DNA of 64,000 nucleotides from positions 2,336,001 through 2,400,000 of the forward strand of contig OY970192.1 in the NCBI GenBank assembly GCA_963708135.1, read 5' to 3'. This DNA is from an uncultured Gemmatimonadales bacterium. GTDB lineage: Bacteria; Gemmatimonadota; Gemmatimonadetes; Longimicrobiales; RSA9. The position numbers and the translations under genes were made by a program. This document shows, one piece after another, positions 1-10,531 of this stretch (position 1 is its first letter; every line of letters starts with the position of its first letter). The notes under the pieces are model-generated. The model searched no databases, was not told the origin of the DNA, and saw only the letters and a program-made list of their open reading frames with translations.

Positions 1-937
<937 letters not shown>

Positions 938-1043
938 GACTTCCGGCTTCCTCGTGCACCGCCCCCGGACGCTGGCCGCCCCCGCACGGCCGCAGCACGG
1001 CGGGGGCGGAGCGGGAACGGACGCGGCCCCTCCGCGCCCGCGC

Positions 1044-1709
1044 TCAGCTCTTCGTCGGCTCGATACGGAAGAGCACCTGCCCGAACTCCACCGGCTCCCC
1101 GTTCTCGATCAGGACCTCGCGCACCACCCCCTCCACCTCCGACTCCATCTCGTTCATCAGCTTCATGGCTTCCAGGATACACAGCGTCTGCCCCTTCGAG
1201 ACCCGCGTCCCCACCTCCACGTAGGGCGGGGCCTCCGGCGCCGGAGCGCGGTAGAAGGTCCCCACCATCGGCGACTTCACCTCCGCCAGCGTCGAGCGCG
1301 CCGGCTCCGGCGCGGCGGCGTGCTCCGCGGCAGGCGTACCCCCCGCCGCCGGCGCGGGCGCGGCCGGCGCCGCCACGCTCGCCGGCGTGGCCGGCGCCGC
1401 GCCCGGCTGCGCAAGCGCCGCGGCCGCCACCGGCGGCGGCGTCTTCGCGATCCGGATGCGCGTGCCCGCCCGCGTGATCTCGATCGAGTCGATGCCGCTG
1501 TCGTCGACCGCCTCGATGAGGCCGCGAACAAAATCCAGGTCGATCATCGCGCGACCCGTCGCCCCGTTGCCCTGCCGGGCCGCCACCCCGGCCCCGCTTC
1601 CTGCCGCCGCGCGCCCGTTGCGCGGCTCCTCGGTGCCCGCACGGCCCCGGCGTCCGGCCTCGCCTCCCGCCCTGCCGCGGCTTTCCTTGCGCTCGCCATT
1701 TCCCGGCAT
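1044..1709 (-). CDS. accB: acetyl-CoA carboxylase biotin carboxyl carrier protein
   Basis: SPMVGTFY and EAMKLMNE biotinylation motif, Ala/Pro linker. The conserved domain starts at MIDLDF (1547), but ATG 1709 has a strong GGAGGT SD. Confidence 0.93.
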   Translation of the reverse strand: MPGNGERKESRGRAGGEAGRRGRAGTEEPRNGRAAAGSGAGVAARQGNGATGRAMIDLDFVRGLIEAVDDSGIDSIEITRAGTRIRIAKTPPPVAAAALAQPGAAPATPASVAAPAAPAPAAGGTPAAEHAAAPEPARSTLAEVKSPMVGTFYRAPAPEAPPYVEVGTRVSKGQTLCILEAMKLMNEMESEVEGVVREVLIENGEPVEFGQVLFRIEPTKS

Positions 1710-1724
1710 CCCACGACCTCCTCC

Positions 1725-2210
1725 TCAGTCCGAGTCGGCCCGCGCCCCGGTCCCTTCCGCGCGTAGGCGCGAAACCAGACCCCGCAGACCCAGCAGGTAG
1801 CTCTCCGCGCCGAAGCCGCTCACCGTGCCGACCGCGCGCGACGCCAGGAGCGATCTCCGACGGAACGCTTCCCGGGCGTGAAGATTCGACAGGTGCACCT
1901 CCACGAACGGGCGCCCGACCCCCACGAGCGCATCCCGCAGCGCCACGCTGGTGTGCGTGTACCCGCCCGCGTTCACCAGGAACCCATCCGTTCGCGAAGC
2001 AGCCGACTGGATATGGTCGATCAACTCCCCCTCGCCGTTCGCCTGAAACGCCTCCACCACCACCCCGAGCTCCTCCGCGAGCGCGTGGATCCGCCCGTTC
2101 ACCTCCGCGAGCGTCTCCACGCCGTAGACCTCCGGCTCCCGCGAGCCCAGCAGATTGAGGTTGGGCCCGTGGACCACCCCGATTCTCAATGCTTCAGACT
2201 CTGCAGCCAC
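1725..2210 (-). CDS. aroQ: type II 3-dehydroquinate dehydratase
   Basis: HGPNLNLLGSREPEVYG, NAGGYTHTSVALRDA and EVHLSNLHARE motifs. Confidence 0.95.
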   Translation of the reverse strand: MAAESEALRIGVVHGPNLNLLGSREPEVYGVETLAEVNGRIHALAEELGVVVEAFQANGEGELIDHIQSAASRTDGFLVNAGGYTHTSVALRDALVGVGRPFVEVHLSNLHAREAFRRRSLLASRAVGTVSGFGAESYLLGLRGLVSRLRAEGTGARADSD

Positions 2211-4465
2211 GCCCGGAACAGCTCGAGATCGTCATCCTCGGCCTCCACCTCCGCCGGCGGCACCGGACGCGGCCCCCGTCCCGCGGACGACTCGGGCGAC
2301 GCGGGGGCCGGCGAATCCTCGCCGGCCTCCTCCGCGCCAAACAGCCACGACAGGTCATCCTCCGGCGACGTCTCCCCCTCGCCGGCGCCGGTCGCCTCGG
2401 CACCGCCCGCGCTGCCCGCGGCCTCCGTCGCCCCACCAAGGTCGTAGGGCGTCCAGCCGTCCTCGTCCTCCTCCGCTTCCGACTCCTCGGGCTCGGCCTC
2501 CTCCCAGCCCCCGGCCGGCGCCTCCAGCGCCTCGACCTCGATCGGCTCCTCCACCTCCAGGAGCCCCGCCACGGGTTCAGACCCGGCCGATCCGGGCGAG
2601 GCCGGGGAGCCCATCTCGGCGGGCCGCCACTCCAGCAACCCGGAAAGATACGCACCGATGCTCGGCCCCGCCTCCTCTTCCGCCGCCTCCGCCCATACGT
2701 ACGGCGTGGTCTCCGCCGCCGGGGCCGGTCGCGGGTCGGTCCACGGCGTGGCGGATTCTTCCGGCTCTTCCATCGCGGGCGCCGCCCCGAAGGCGTCCGC
2801 TTCGGCCGCCTCCCGCCAGAGGTCGCGCTCCGCGCCGCCCGCGCCGCCCGCAGGTGCCACGGCGTCTCCTCGCATCTCCTGCTCGATCTCCTCGAGCCGC
2901 GCCCGCAGCCGCGCGTCGTCCGGCCGGTCCCGCAGCAGCGACTGGTAGACGTCGGCTGCACGGCTCAGGAGTCCCTGGCGACGGTAGAGCTCCGCCATCG
3001 TCTCCGTCGTCATCGCGGCCGCGGCTTCTTCTTCCTCCGGCCCGGCGTCCGCCCACTCCACCATCCCCGGCGCCTCCAGCTCCTTGACGGGCGGGTGCGC
3101 CGGCGCGACCGCGCCGGAAGCCGGCGCGGACTCCGCCCGCTCGGCGGCATGCGGCTCGCCCACCTCCCCCGCACCGGCTTCGGGAGCGGCCGACTCCGCC
3201 TCGGGCTCGGCGGCCCCGGCCGTCTCCGCCTCCCGCCGGATCTCCTCGCGCGCGGCGGCTTCGGCTTCATCCTCCCGCGCCGCCGGAGGCTCGTCGCCGA
3301 GCGCCGCGCCGTCCGCGACCCCGGCGCCGGTACCCGCCCCGGCATCCTCGGCCTGCGCCGCCGCGGCGGGAGCCTCGCGACTCTCCTCGACGGCGTCGCC
3401 AACGCGAGGCTCCGGAACCGCGGGGCTCTCCGCGAACGCCTCCTCGGCCTCGGCGAGTCCCCCGGCACCTTCCGGGCCGCCGGCCCCCGGCGTCGGCTCC
3501 GCCAGCGAGAGGCCCTCGACCATGAACGCCTCCTCGGGCGGCTGCGCCGCGGTACCTCCCTCCTCCTCCCCCCACGCCTCCACCTCGAAGGAGAACGCCG
3601 CCGCATCCAGGTCGAGGGGCTCCGCCTCCATCCTCTCGCGGGCTGGCTCGAACCCGGCCGGGGGGGCCATCTCCCCCTCCGCCCGCGGCTCGGACCCGGT
3701 CGGAGATTCCGCCTCCACAGCGGACCCGAACACGCTCGGGGACTCCGGCTCCGCGGGCGCCTCGAACCCGCCCACGCCCTCCGGCTCCGACTCCACCAAT
3801 GGCCCCGGCGGCTGCTCGCCGTCCAGGTCCGCGCCCGGCCCGAGCCCGCCGGACTGCGGCCAATCCGGCTCCCCGACGGCGCCGGGCCCCGCCACGGGCT
3901 CCGCGCTGTCCGCCGCTTCGGCCGTGTCTACGGGCTCGCGAAGCTCGGGCGAGCCCCACTCGTCAGCGGCGAGGCCCGGCGCGCCCTCCCCGGCCGGCGC
4001 GGTCCCGGCACCAGTCCCGGGCGCCGTCTGCTCCTCGGTCACCGTCGGCGCGGCGGGCGCCGCCTCCATAGCCGCTATGGTCGCGTTCAGGTCCTCGTCG
4101 GTCGGGTCGAGCGACTGGAGCTGGCGGTAGTAGTCGAGGGCTTCCGCCGCCCGGCCGTCCTCCCGGGCCAGCTCGGCCAATGCCCGGACCGCCACCCGGT
4201 TCTCGGCGTCCAGCTCCAGCACGCGCAGAAAGGCCCGCTCCGCCTCCGCGCGCTCGCCGAGGTCCTGCAACACGCGCCCTCGGACCACGTACGCGCTGGA
4301 GTAGTCGGGGTGGCGCTGGAGTCCATCATCGAGCACTTCACGCGCCCGCTGGAGATCGCCCGCCTTGCGGTACGCCTCCGCCAGATGCGTGAAGAGCCGA
4401 CCCTCCGGGTTGTTCGCGTACAGCGCTTCGAGCTTCGCGATCTCGTCGCGGTGGGACTCGGCCAT
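2186..4465 (-). CDS. TPR-domain protein with long acidic Ala/Glu/Pro-rich linkers (759 aa)
   Basis: N-terminal TPR repeats (FTHLAEAYRKAGD...), internal TPR (TETMAELYRRQG), acidic low-complexity spacers, C-terminal DDDLELFRAWLQSLK helix. Confidence 0.8.
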   Translation of the reverse strand: MAESHRDEIAKLEALYANNPEGRLFTHLAEAYRKAGDLQRAREVLDDGLQRHPDYSSAYVVRGRVLQDLGERAEAERAFLRVLELDAENRVAVRALAELAREDGRAAEALDYYRQLQSLDPTDEDLNATIAAMEAAPAAPTVTEEQTAPGTGAGTAPAGEGAPGLAADEWGSPELREPVDTAEAADSAEPVAGPGAVGEPDWPQSGGLGPGADLDGEQPPGPLVESEPEGVGGFEAPAEPESPSVFGSAVEAESPTGSEPRAEGEMAPPAGFEPARERMEAEPLDLDAAAFSFEVEAWGEEEGGTAAQPPEEAFMVEGLSLAEPTPGAGGPEGAGGLAEAEEAFAESPAVPEPRVGDAVEESREAPAAAAQAEDAGAGTGAGVADGAALGDEPPAAREDEAEAAAREEIRREAETAGAAEPEAESAAPEAGAGEVGEPHAAERAESAPASGAVAPAHPPVKELEAPGMVEWADAGPEEEEAAAAMTTETMAELYRRQGLLSRAADVYQSLLRDRPDDARLRARLEEIEQEMRGDAVAPAGGAGGAERDLWREAAEADAFGAAPAMEEPEESATPWTDPRPAPAAETTPYVWAEAAEEEAGPSIGAYLSGLLEWRPAEMGSPASPGSAGSEPVAGLLEVEEPIEVEALEAPAGGWEEAEPEESEAEEDEDGWTPYDLGGATEAAGSAGGAEATGAGEGETSPEDDLSWLFGAEEAGEDSPAPASPESSAGRGPRPVPPAEVEAEDDDLELFRAWLQSLKH

Positions 4466-4514
4466 CAGCCCAAACTCCCAGGGAAACCAGGCTAGGTTGG
4501 AAGGCGAGTGAGGG

Positions 4515-4544
4515 AAAATAGGGGGCCCTCCGCGGCAGTGTCAA
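4515..4544 (-). promoter_or_regulatory. sigma70-like promoter for the TPR-aroQ-accBC genes
   Basis: Minus strand TTGACA (4544-4539), 18 nt, then TATTTT (4520-4515), in a divergent intergenic region. Confidence 0.55.
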
Positions 4545-4596
4545 CGCGGCCGTCCCCCTCGCCCCGGATGCCGGGAACTCCGCATAGCGACGCGGG

Positions 4597-4625
4597 TTGA
4601 AACTCCCTGGGTGGACGGTTACATT
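4597..4625 (+). promoter_or_regulatory. sigma70-like promoter for the ppiD/surA-like gene
   Basis: TTGAAA (4597-4602), 17 nt, then TACATT (4620-4625), upstream of ATG 4681. Confidence 0.6.
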
Positions 4626-4680
4626 GGCATGTTCCACCGCAACCGTTTTCAATGCCGGAGCCGGCGGGAGCTGTCGTCCT

Positions 4681-6520
4681 ATGATGCGTCAGATGCGAGA
4701 CCAGATGAAGCTGATCATGATCGTCACCTCGGTGGCGTTCGTCGGTCTCATGGTGTTCGGCTGGGGCATGGACATCTCCGGGCGCAGCGGCGCGAGCAAC
4801 GGCCAGATCGGCGAGGTCAACGGCCAGCCGGTGTCGTACCAGGAGTTCAACACCGTCTACCGCAACCTGTACGACCAGCAGCAGCGGACGCAGAAGGCGC
4901 CGATGTCGACGTCCATGACGCACCAGCTCGAGGACGCGGCGTGGCGGCAGATCGTGATGCAGAAGCTGATCGACCAGGAGCTCGACCGGCGCGGGATCCG
5001 GGTGCGGGACGAGGAGATCCGTGAAGCGGCGCGGACGTCGCCGCCGCCGGAGTTCATGCAGAACCAGAATGTTCCAGACGGACGGCCACTTCGACCTCTC
5101 GAAGTACCAGCGGTTCCTCGCCTCGCCCGCGGTGGACAACCAGCTGCTGCTCCAGCTGGAGGGCTACTACCGCGACATGATTCCGCGCAGCAAGCTCTAC
5201 TACCAGGTCACGGCGGGCGGCTACGTGGCGGACAGCGAGTTGTGGCGTCGCTACCAGGACCAGCACGAGAGCGCGAAGGTGCGCTTCATCCTGATCGACC
5301 CCGCGCGCGTCATCCCGCCAGCGGCGATCACGGTGACGGACGGCGAGATCAAGAGCTACTACGAGGCGCATCAGGACGAGTTCAAGCGGCCGGCGCACGC
5401 GAGAATCGAGTACGTCGCGATCGACAAGTCGCCGAACGCGGCGGACACGGCCGCGGCGAAGACGAAGGCCGATTCGGTGCGGGCGGCGATCACGGGTGGC
5501 AAGGACTTCGCCGAGGTTGCCAAGGCGGAGTCGTCGGACCAGGGCTCGGCGGCGCGCGGCGGCGAGCTGGGTGTGATCCGCAAGGGGCAGACGGTGCCGG
5601 CATTCGAGCAGGCGGTCTGGTCGCTGAAGGTGGGCGAGCTGAGCGAGCCGGTGCTCACGCAGTTCGGCTACCATATCATCCAGGTGGAGAGCCGCAAGGA
5701 TGATGAGGCGACGGTGCGCCACGTGCTGATCCCGATCAAGGCCTCGCAGGAGCACGAGGACCGCCTGCTGACGGCGGCGGACTCGCTCGAGAAGCTGGGC
5801 GAGACGATGACGCTCCCCGAGGCCGCTCGGGAGATGGGGCTCCAGTCCCGCACGACCGAGCTGAACCAGCAGGTGCCGGTGATCCCGGGGGTCGGCCGCG
5901 TGGAGGATGGCGCGGACTGGGTCTTCGATGATGCCAGCCCGAAGGACGTCAGCCAGGTCTTCGAGGGCGACAACGCCTTCTACATGCTGCAGCTGGATTC
6001 GCGCACGCCGGCAGGGGTCCTCTCGCTGGCGGAGGCCACCCCGCTGATTCGTGGCAAGCTGACCCAGGAGAAGCGGCTCGTGAAAGCGCGCGAGGTCGGG
6101 CGTCAGATGGTCGACGAGGTGCAGTCCGGCCGTACGCTCGATGCGGTCGCGCAGAACCATTCGCTGAAGGTCCAGGAGGCGGGCCCCTTCACGCGCAACG
6201 ACTTCGTTCCCGGCCTCGGCCGCGACGATGCCGCCATCGGGACCGCGTTCGGGCTGAAGCCCGGCGAGACGAGCGGGCTCGTGGAATCCAACGATCTGCT
6301 CTACATCATCCAGTCGCTGGAGCGGACGCCCGCCGACCGCAAGGCGTTCGAGGAGCAGAAGGACATGCAGCGCGCCCAGCTCATGAACGCGATGAACGAC
6401 CAGCGCTGGAACGAGTTCCTCGCCTCGCTGCGCGAGAAGGCGGATGTCGTGGACAACCGCGCGAAGGTGCTCAAGGCGTCCGAGCAGAACGCGCCGCTGC
6501 CGCAGCAGGCGCAGTTCTGA
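4681..6520 (+). pseudogene. PpiD/SurA-family membrane-anchored peptidyl-prolyl isomerase, apparent +1 frameshift at ~5068
   Basis: N-terminal TM anchor and SurA-N region (MMRQMRDQMKLIMIVTSVAFVGLMVFGWG) lie in one frame. The continuation MFQTDGHFDLSKYQ and the parvulin domain (SAARGGELG...TQFGYHII) lie in the next frame. One extra A in CAG-A-ATG-TTC separates them. May be a sequencing error. Confidence 0.8.
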
Positions 6521-6634
6521 TCCGCTGACGGAGGTCGCGGCACGCTGCCCGCGCCCTCGATCCGTTCCCCGTGCCTGGCCGCCCCCGGGAATACGCCGGG
6601 CTCCCGGCTGGCAGGAGCGCCCCCGGGGACGAAG

Positions 6635-6687
6635 ACGCGAGAGAGCGCCCGCCGACCCTCGAAGAGTCGGCGGGCGCTCTCTCGCGT
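6635..6687. terminator. 22-bp perfect stem-loop between convergent genes
   Basis: ACGCGAGAGAGCGCCCGCCGAC (6635-6656), 9-nt loop, exact reverse complement (6666-6687). Confidence 0.7.
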
Positions 6688-6712
6688 TCTGACTCGTCGG
6701 CCGATCGCCGGC

Positions 6713-7009
6713 TCAGGCCCCCGGCGACTTCTCCTGTGCGACCGGCTGCGGCTGCGGCTGGACCGGCTGCGCGGCCTCGCTGGCCGGCGGGACCGCCGGT
6801 GCCTGGGCTGCGGGGCGGAGCGTCTGCTGCTGCGACGGCGGCTCGTCCGTGCGGTTGATCTCCGACTGGATGTCGTTCATCGAGCGCTTGAACTCCCGGA
6901 TCCCCTTGCCCAGCGAGCCACCGAGCTCCGGCAGTCGCTTGGCGCCGAAGACGAGCAGGAGCACGACCAGGATGAAGATCATCTCCCCGGGCCCAATGTT
7001 GCCGAACAT
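6713..7009 (-). CDS. tatA: twin-arginine translocase TatA/TatE subunit
   Basis: GPGEMIFILVVLLLVFGAKRLPELGGSLGKGIREFK signature. Confidence 0.93.
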   Translation of the reverse strand: MFGNIGPGEMIFILVVLLLVFGAKRLPELGGSLGKGIREFKRSMNDIQSEINRTDEPPSQQQTLRPAAQAPAVPPASEAAQPVQPQPQPVAQEKSPGA

Positions 7010-7031
7010 AAGCTTCTCTCCGCGTAGGTGC

Positions 7032-7307
7032 CTAGAGCCAGGAGCGCATGACGAGCGCCACGATCAGGATGCCGACGAGGCTCAGAGCGTTCAGGTTGAG
7101 TGTCAGCGGCCCGATCACGAACGCGACGGCGATCAGGTCGATGCCCAGTGGCCCGAGTGAGGCGGAAACCGCCGTGGTCAGGAATGCCCGCGCAGCGCTC
7201 TCCGGCATGTAGAGCACGGCGAGCTTGGTGAAGAGCGCGCCGAGGAAGAGCCCGACCACGAGCGTCCACAGAGACCGCGTGAGGCTTTGCCTGCGCGGGC
7301 CGATCAT
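7032..7307 (-). CDS. small membrane protein (DUF4321-like)
   Basis: 91 aa, hydrophobic, PLGIDL...GPLTLNLNALSLVG pattern. Family assignment is from recall. Confidence 0.6.
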   Translation of the reverse strand: MIGPRRQSLTRSLWTLVVGLFLGALFTKLAVLYMPESAARAFLTTAVSASLGPLGIDLIAVAFVIGPLTLNLNALSLVGILIVALVMRSWL

Positions 7308-7355
7308 GATACCGTCCTTGGAGTTCGAGGTTCCATGGCCCCCGGGGTCGCCACG

Positions 7356-8342
7356 CTAGCTGCGCCGGTCGATCACGTAAGCCACGGCATCCGCGAGCCC
7401 GGTGGTCGCCGCACCCTCCGGCAGCGCGGCGATGGCCTCTAGGGCGCGCTCCCCGTACTCGCCGGCCCGAGCCCGGGCCGCCTCCAGTCCGCCGTGCTCG
7501 CGCACCAGCTGGATCACCCGCGCAATTCCATCCTCGTCGGGCTCGGCATCCGCGAAGAAGTCCTCGATCTGCCGGCGTGCGGCGCCGTCCATCGCCCCCA
7601 GCGCCATGATCAGCGGAAGCGTGACCTTGTGCTCGCGCAGGTCGTGGCCGGTCGGCTTGCCCGTGACCGCCTCGCTCTCCGTGTAATCGATCAGGTCGTC
7701 GGCGATCTGGAACGCCATGCCGAGCTCGTGCCCGAACCGTGCCAGCGGCCCGCGGTAGGTCTCCTCTCCCATGATGGCGCCCATCTCGCACGCTGCGGAC
7801 ATGAGCGAGGCGGTCTTGGACGCGATCAGCCGGCGGTAGTCCTCCTCGTCGAAGGCCAGCGCGTCGGAGGAGCCGAGCTGCCGCATCTCGCCGACGCTCA
7901 TCTCGTTGGCCGCGCGCGACAGCACCTCGATCAACTCGAGACGCCCCAACCTTGAGAGCTCCGTGACCGACCGGCTGTAGAGGTAGTCGCCCATGATCAC
8001 TGCGGTCTGGTGCGTCCAGAGCGCGTTGACGGTGGGCATGCCGCGCCGCAGCACGGAATGATCAACGGCGTCATCGTGGACGAGGGTGGCCAGGTGGACG
8101 AGCTCGACGGCCGCCGCCACCACCACGGCCCGCGAGTCGGGGCGGTCGCCGACCAGGTTGGAGAGCAGCAGGAGCGTGGGGCGGAACAGCTTGCCGCGTG
8201 CCCAGAGCAGATGCTCGTTCACCTCCTCGATGGGGGTGAAGTCCGTACGCACGATGCGGCGCAACTCGTCTACGACCGCTTCGAGCCCGTCCTTCACGGG
8301 GCGTTGGATCTGGGCGAGCTTCGGCAGCTTCGTTCGGAGCAT
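7356..8342 (-). CDS. polyprenyl diphosphate synthase
   Basis: GKLFRP, ELVHLATLVHDDAVD (first DDxxD), GDYL, KTASL, FQIADDLID motifs. Confidence 0.93.
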   Translation of the reverse strand: MLRTKLPKLAQIQRPVKDGLEAVVDELRRIVRTDFTPIEEVNEHLLWARGKLFRPTLLLLSNLVGDRPDSRAVVVAAAVELVHLATLVHDDAVDHSVLRRGMPTVNALWTHQTAVIMGDYLYSRSVTELSRLGRLELIEVLSRAANEMSVGEMRQLGSSDALAFDEEDYRRLIASKTASLMSAACEMGAIMGEETYRGPLARFGHELGMAFQIADDLIDYTESEAVTGKPTGHDLREHKVTLPLIMALGAMDGAARRQIEDFFADAEPDEDGIARVIQLVREHGGLEAARARAGEYGERALEAIAALPEGAATTGLADAVAYVIDRRS

Positions 8343-8379
8343 CGACCCCTACCGGGAACCGGTTCGTCGCGGACCCGGA

Positions 8380-8408
8380 AAGCTATCGGCGCCCACGTCG
8401 CATGTCAA
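8380..8408 (-). promoter_or_regulatory. internal sigma70-like promoter for polyprenyl synthase
   Basis: TTGACA (8408-8403, overlapping the upstream TGA), 17 nt, then TAGCTT (8385-8380). Confidence 0.55.
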
Positions 8409-10531
8409 AGCCGCGCCAGCCGTTCCGCGACATCCCGGAAGCGCAGATCCACACCCAGCACGCGCTCGTACGCATCCCGGGCCTCGCCGCGCTTGCCGAG
8501 CTCCTCGAAGCAGCGCCCCAGGTGGTAATAGACGCCCATGAGCTCGGCATCCGCATCGTGGGGAAGCTGCAGCGCCCGCTGCAGCACCTTGAGCGCGACG
8601 TTGTACTGCTGCTTCAGCATGAAGCACTGGCCAAGCTCCTCGTACACCATGAGCCGCTCCTGCCCACCCCTCAACGCCACCTGGAACTCCGCGATCGCCT
8701 CGTCGAGCAGCCCCATCTCCTTGAACGCGAGGCCGAGGTCGTAGTGGCTCGCGGGATCATCCTCGCCCACGCTCTGGGAGACCTTGGCCCTGAACTGCGA
8801 GAGCAGCTCCGCGAAGTCGCGCTCCTCGTCCCCGGTCGGCGTCTTCTCCGCGACGACGAAGCGCGTCAACGCCTCCCCGGGCGGCTCCTCCGGCTCGAGG
8901 AAGCTGGCGAGGTCCACGTAGTCCTCACCCGCCCGGACGGCCGGACCGCTCGGTGAGCGCACGCCCTCCAGCGCCGTGGTGTTCCCCGGGTCCAGGTCCA
9001 GCACGCTCTGGTAGACGACCCGCGCCTTGGTCCGCTCCCCGAGCCGGCGCAGGCAGTCCGCGAGCGCCAGGTAGGCGTCGATCATGCGCCGCCGGTCCGC
9101 GGTGCGGAAAGCATACTCGACGGCGTGCTGGTGGGCCCGCACGTTGTCGCGATCGATCCTCAGCAGCTCACCCACCGCGTCCAGCGCGTGATCGAGGTCG
9201 CCGGCCTGGGCGTACGCGGCGTGCAGCGACTCCAGCGCCCGCAGCCCCGCCGCGCGCTCGCCCCGCGCGAGGGAATCACGCGCCTCCGCCACCGCGCCGG
9301 CAAAGTCGGGCGGCTCCGGCCCCATCGGCGTCGGCGCGGGCGCGCCGGACGGCGCCTCCCCGACCTCCGCATCCGCGAGCCGGTCCGGCTCCGCCATCCC
9401 GGGCGGCTCATCCTCGAATCCATCCGTCCCGAGCAGCGGAAGTGGCGGCGCCTCCTCTTCGTCCTCGAGCTCCGCCTCATCCTCCGGCTCCAGCCCGGCC
9501 CCGAGCCGCGCCCTCGCATCCGCCTCGTGGTCGATCGCGATCAAGGGAAGCGGCGGTCCCGACTCCTCCTCGTCGTCGTCGAGGACCGCGGACGCCTCGT
9601 ACACGTCCTCGGACTCGTCCTCCTCCTCGTATCCGCCGTCGTACTCATCCTCGTCCTCGTCCTCGTCGATCCCCGCGGCCTCGGCGGCGAGGGCCGCCTC
9701 CTCCTCCGGTGTGACGAGCGCGGTCGGCTCCAGCCCGAGATCCTCGCCCACCTCCACGCCGGATTCGGCCGCGCCCTCGTCCGCCAGGCCGGCGGCGCCC
9801 GCGGCGCTCTCCAGCCCGATGTTGGAGAGCCCGGGAAGGCCTGCCGTGTCGGCCTGGACGCCGCCATCGGGCACGTCCGGCGTCGGCGGCGGCTCCTGGA
9901 GGGCAGTGTCCAGGGCATCGGCCGCCGCCGCATCGATCTCGAGCAGCTCGGCCCGGATGGCCTCCGCCTGGTCCGACTCCCCGGCGCGCACGCGTAGCAC
10001 GTAGGCGCGCGTCAGCTCCTCGACGGCTTCCTCGGTGCGGCCGTGTGCCTGGAGCTTGTGCCCCAGCAGCTCACGGACCTCCGGGTCCTCGGAGAGCCGC
10101 GCGAAGTCGGAGAGCGCGGAGAAGGCGTCGTCCAGATCCCCGGCCCTGAACTTCTGCTCCGCGTACTCGAGGAACCATCGCCGGGCGTCAGTATGGAAGC
10201 CCTGGAACGCGCTGAACTGGCCGAGCTTCCGGTACAGCTCGAGGTGCTGCGGGACGTAGCGGAGCGCCTTGTTGCAGAGCGCGATGGCGTTGTTGTAGAG
10301 GCCGGCTTCGGCGTACTTGTCGGCCGCCTGCTCGTAGTAGGACACGGCCTCGGCGGGGCGGCCGACCCGGAGATAGAGGTCGCCGATCCGGTTGAACAGC
10401 GCCAGGTCGGCTTCGGCCTCCCACTGCTCGCCCATGCGCAGGACCTGGAGGTAGGCGCCGATGGCCTTCTCCCAGTCCTCGTTCAGCTCGTGCAGACGAG
10501 CCTGGTCCTTCAGCTTAGAGATCGACTTCAT
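8405..10531 (-). CDS. multi-TPR protein with acidic central linker (708 aa)
   Basis: N- and C-terminal TPR arrays (SHYDLGLAFKEMGLLDEAIAEFQ) around an Asp/Glu-rich linker. ATGA overlap with ftcD. Confidence 0.85.
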   Translation of the reverse strand: MKSISKLKDQARLHELNEDWEKAIGAYLQVLRMGEQWEAEADLALFNRIGDLYLRVGRPAEAVSYYEQAADKYAEAGLYNNAIALCNKALRYVPQHLELYRKLGQFSAFQGFHTDARRWFLEYAEQKFRAGDLDDAFSALSDFARLSEDPEVRELLGHKLQAHGRTEEAVEELTRAYVLRVRAGESDQAEAIRAELLEIDAAAADALDTALQEPPPTPDVPDGGVQADTAGLPGLSNIGLESAAGAAGLADEGAAESGVEVGEDLGLEPTALVTPEEEAALAAEAAGIDEDEDEDEYDGGYEEEDESEDVYEASAVLDDDEEESGPPLPLIAIDHEADARARLGAGLEPEDEAELEDEEEAPPLPLLGTDGFEDEPPGMAEPDRLADAEVGEAPSGAPAPTPMGPEPPDFAGAVAEARDSLARGERAAGLRALESLHAAYAQAGDLDHALDAVGELLRIDRDNVRAHQHAVEYAFRTADRRRMIDAYLALADCLRRLGERTKARVVYQSVLDLDPGNTTALEGVRSPSGPAVRAGEDYVDLASFLEPEEPPGEALTRFVVAEKTPTGDEERDFAELLSQFRAKVSQSVGEDDPASHYDLGLAFKEMGLLDEAIAEFQVALRGGQERLMVYEELGQCFMLKQQYNVALKVLQRALQLPHDADAELMGVYYHLGRCFEELGKRGEARDAYERVLGVDLRFRDVAERLARL

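Noticed and set aside
5069..5703. C-terminal part of ORF 4597-5703 as a real protein
   Set aside because: Out-of-frame read-through after the frameshift; Arg/Gly-rich with no recognisable motifs.
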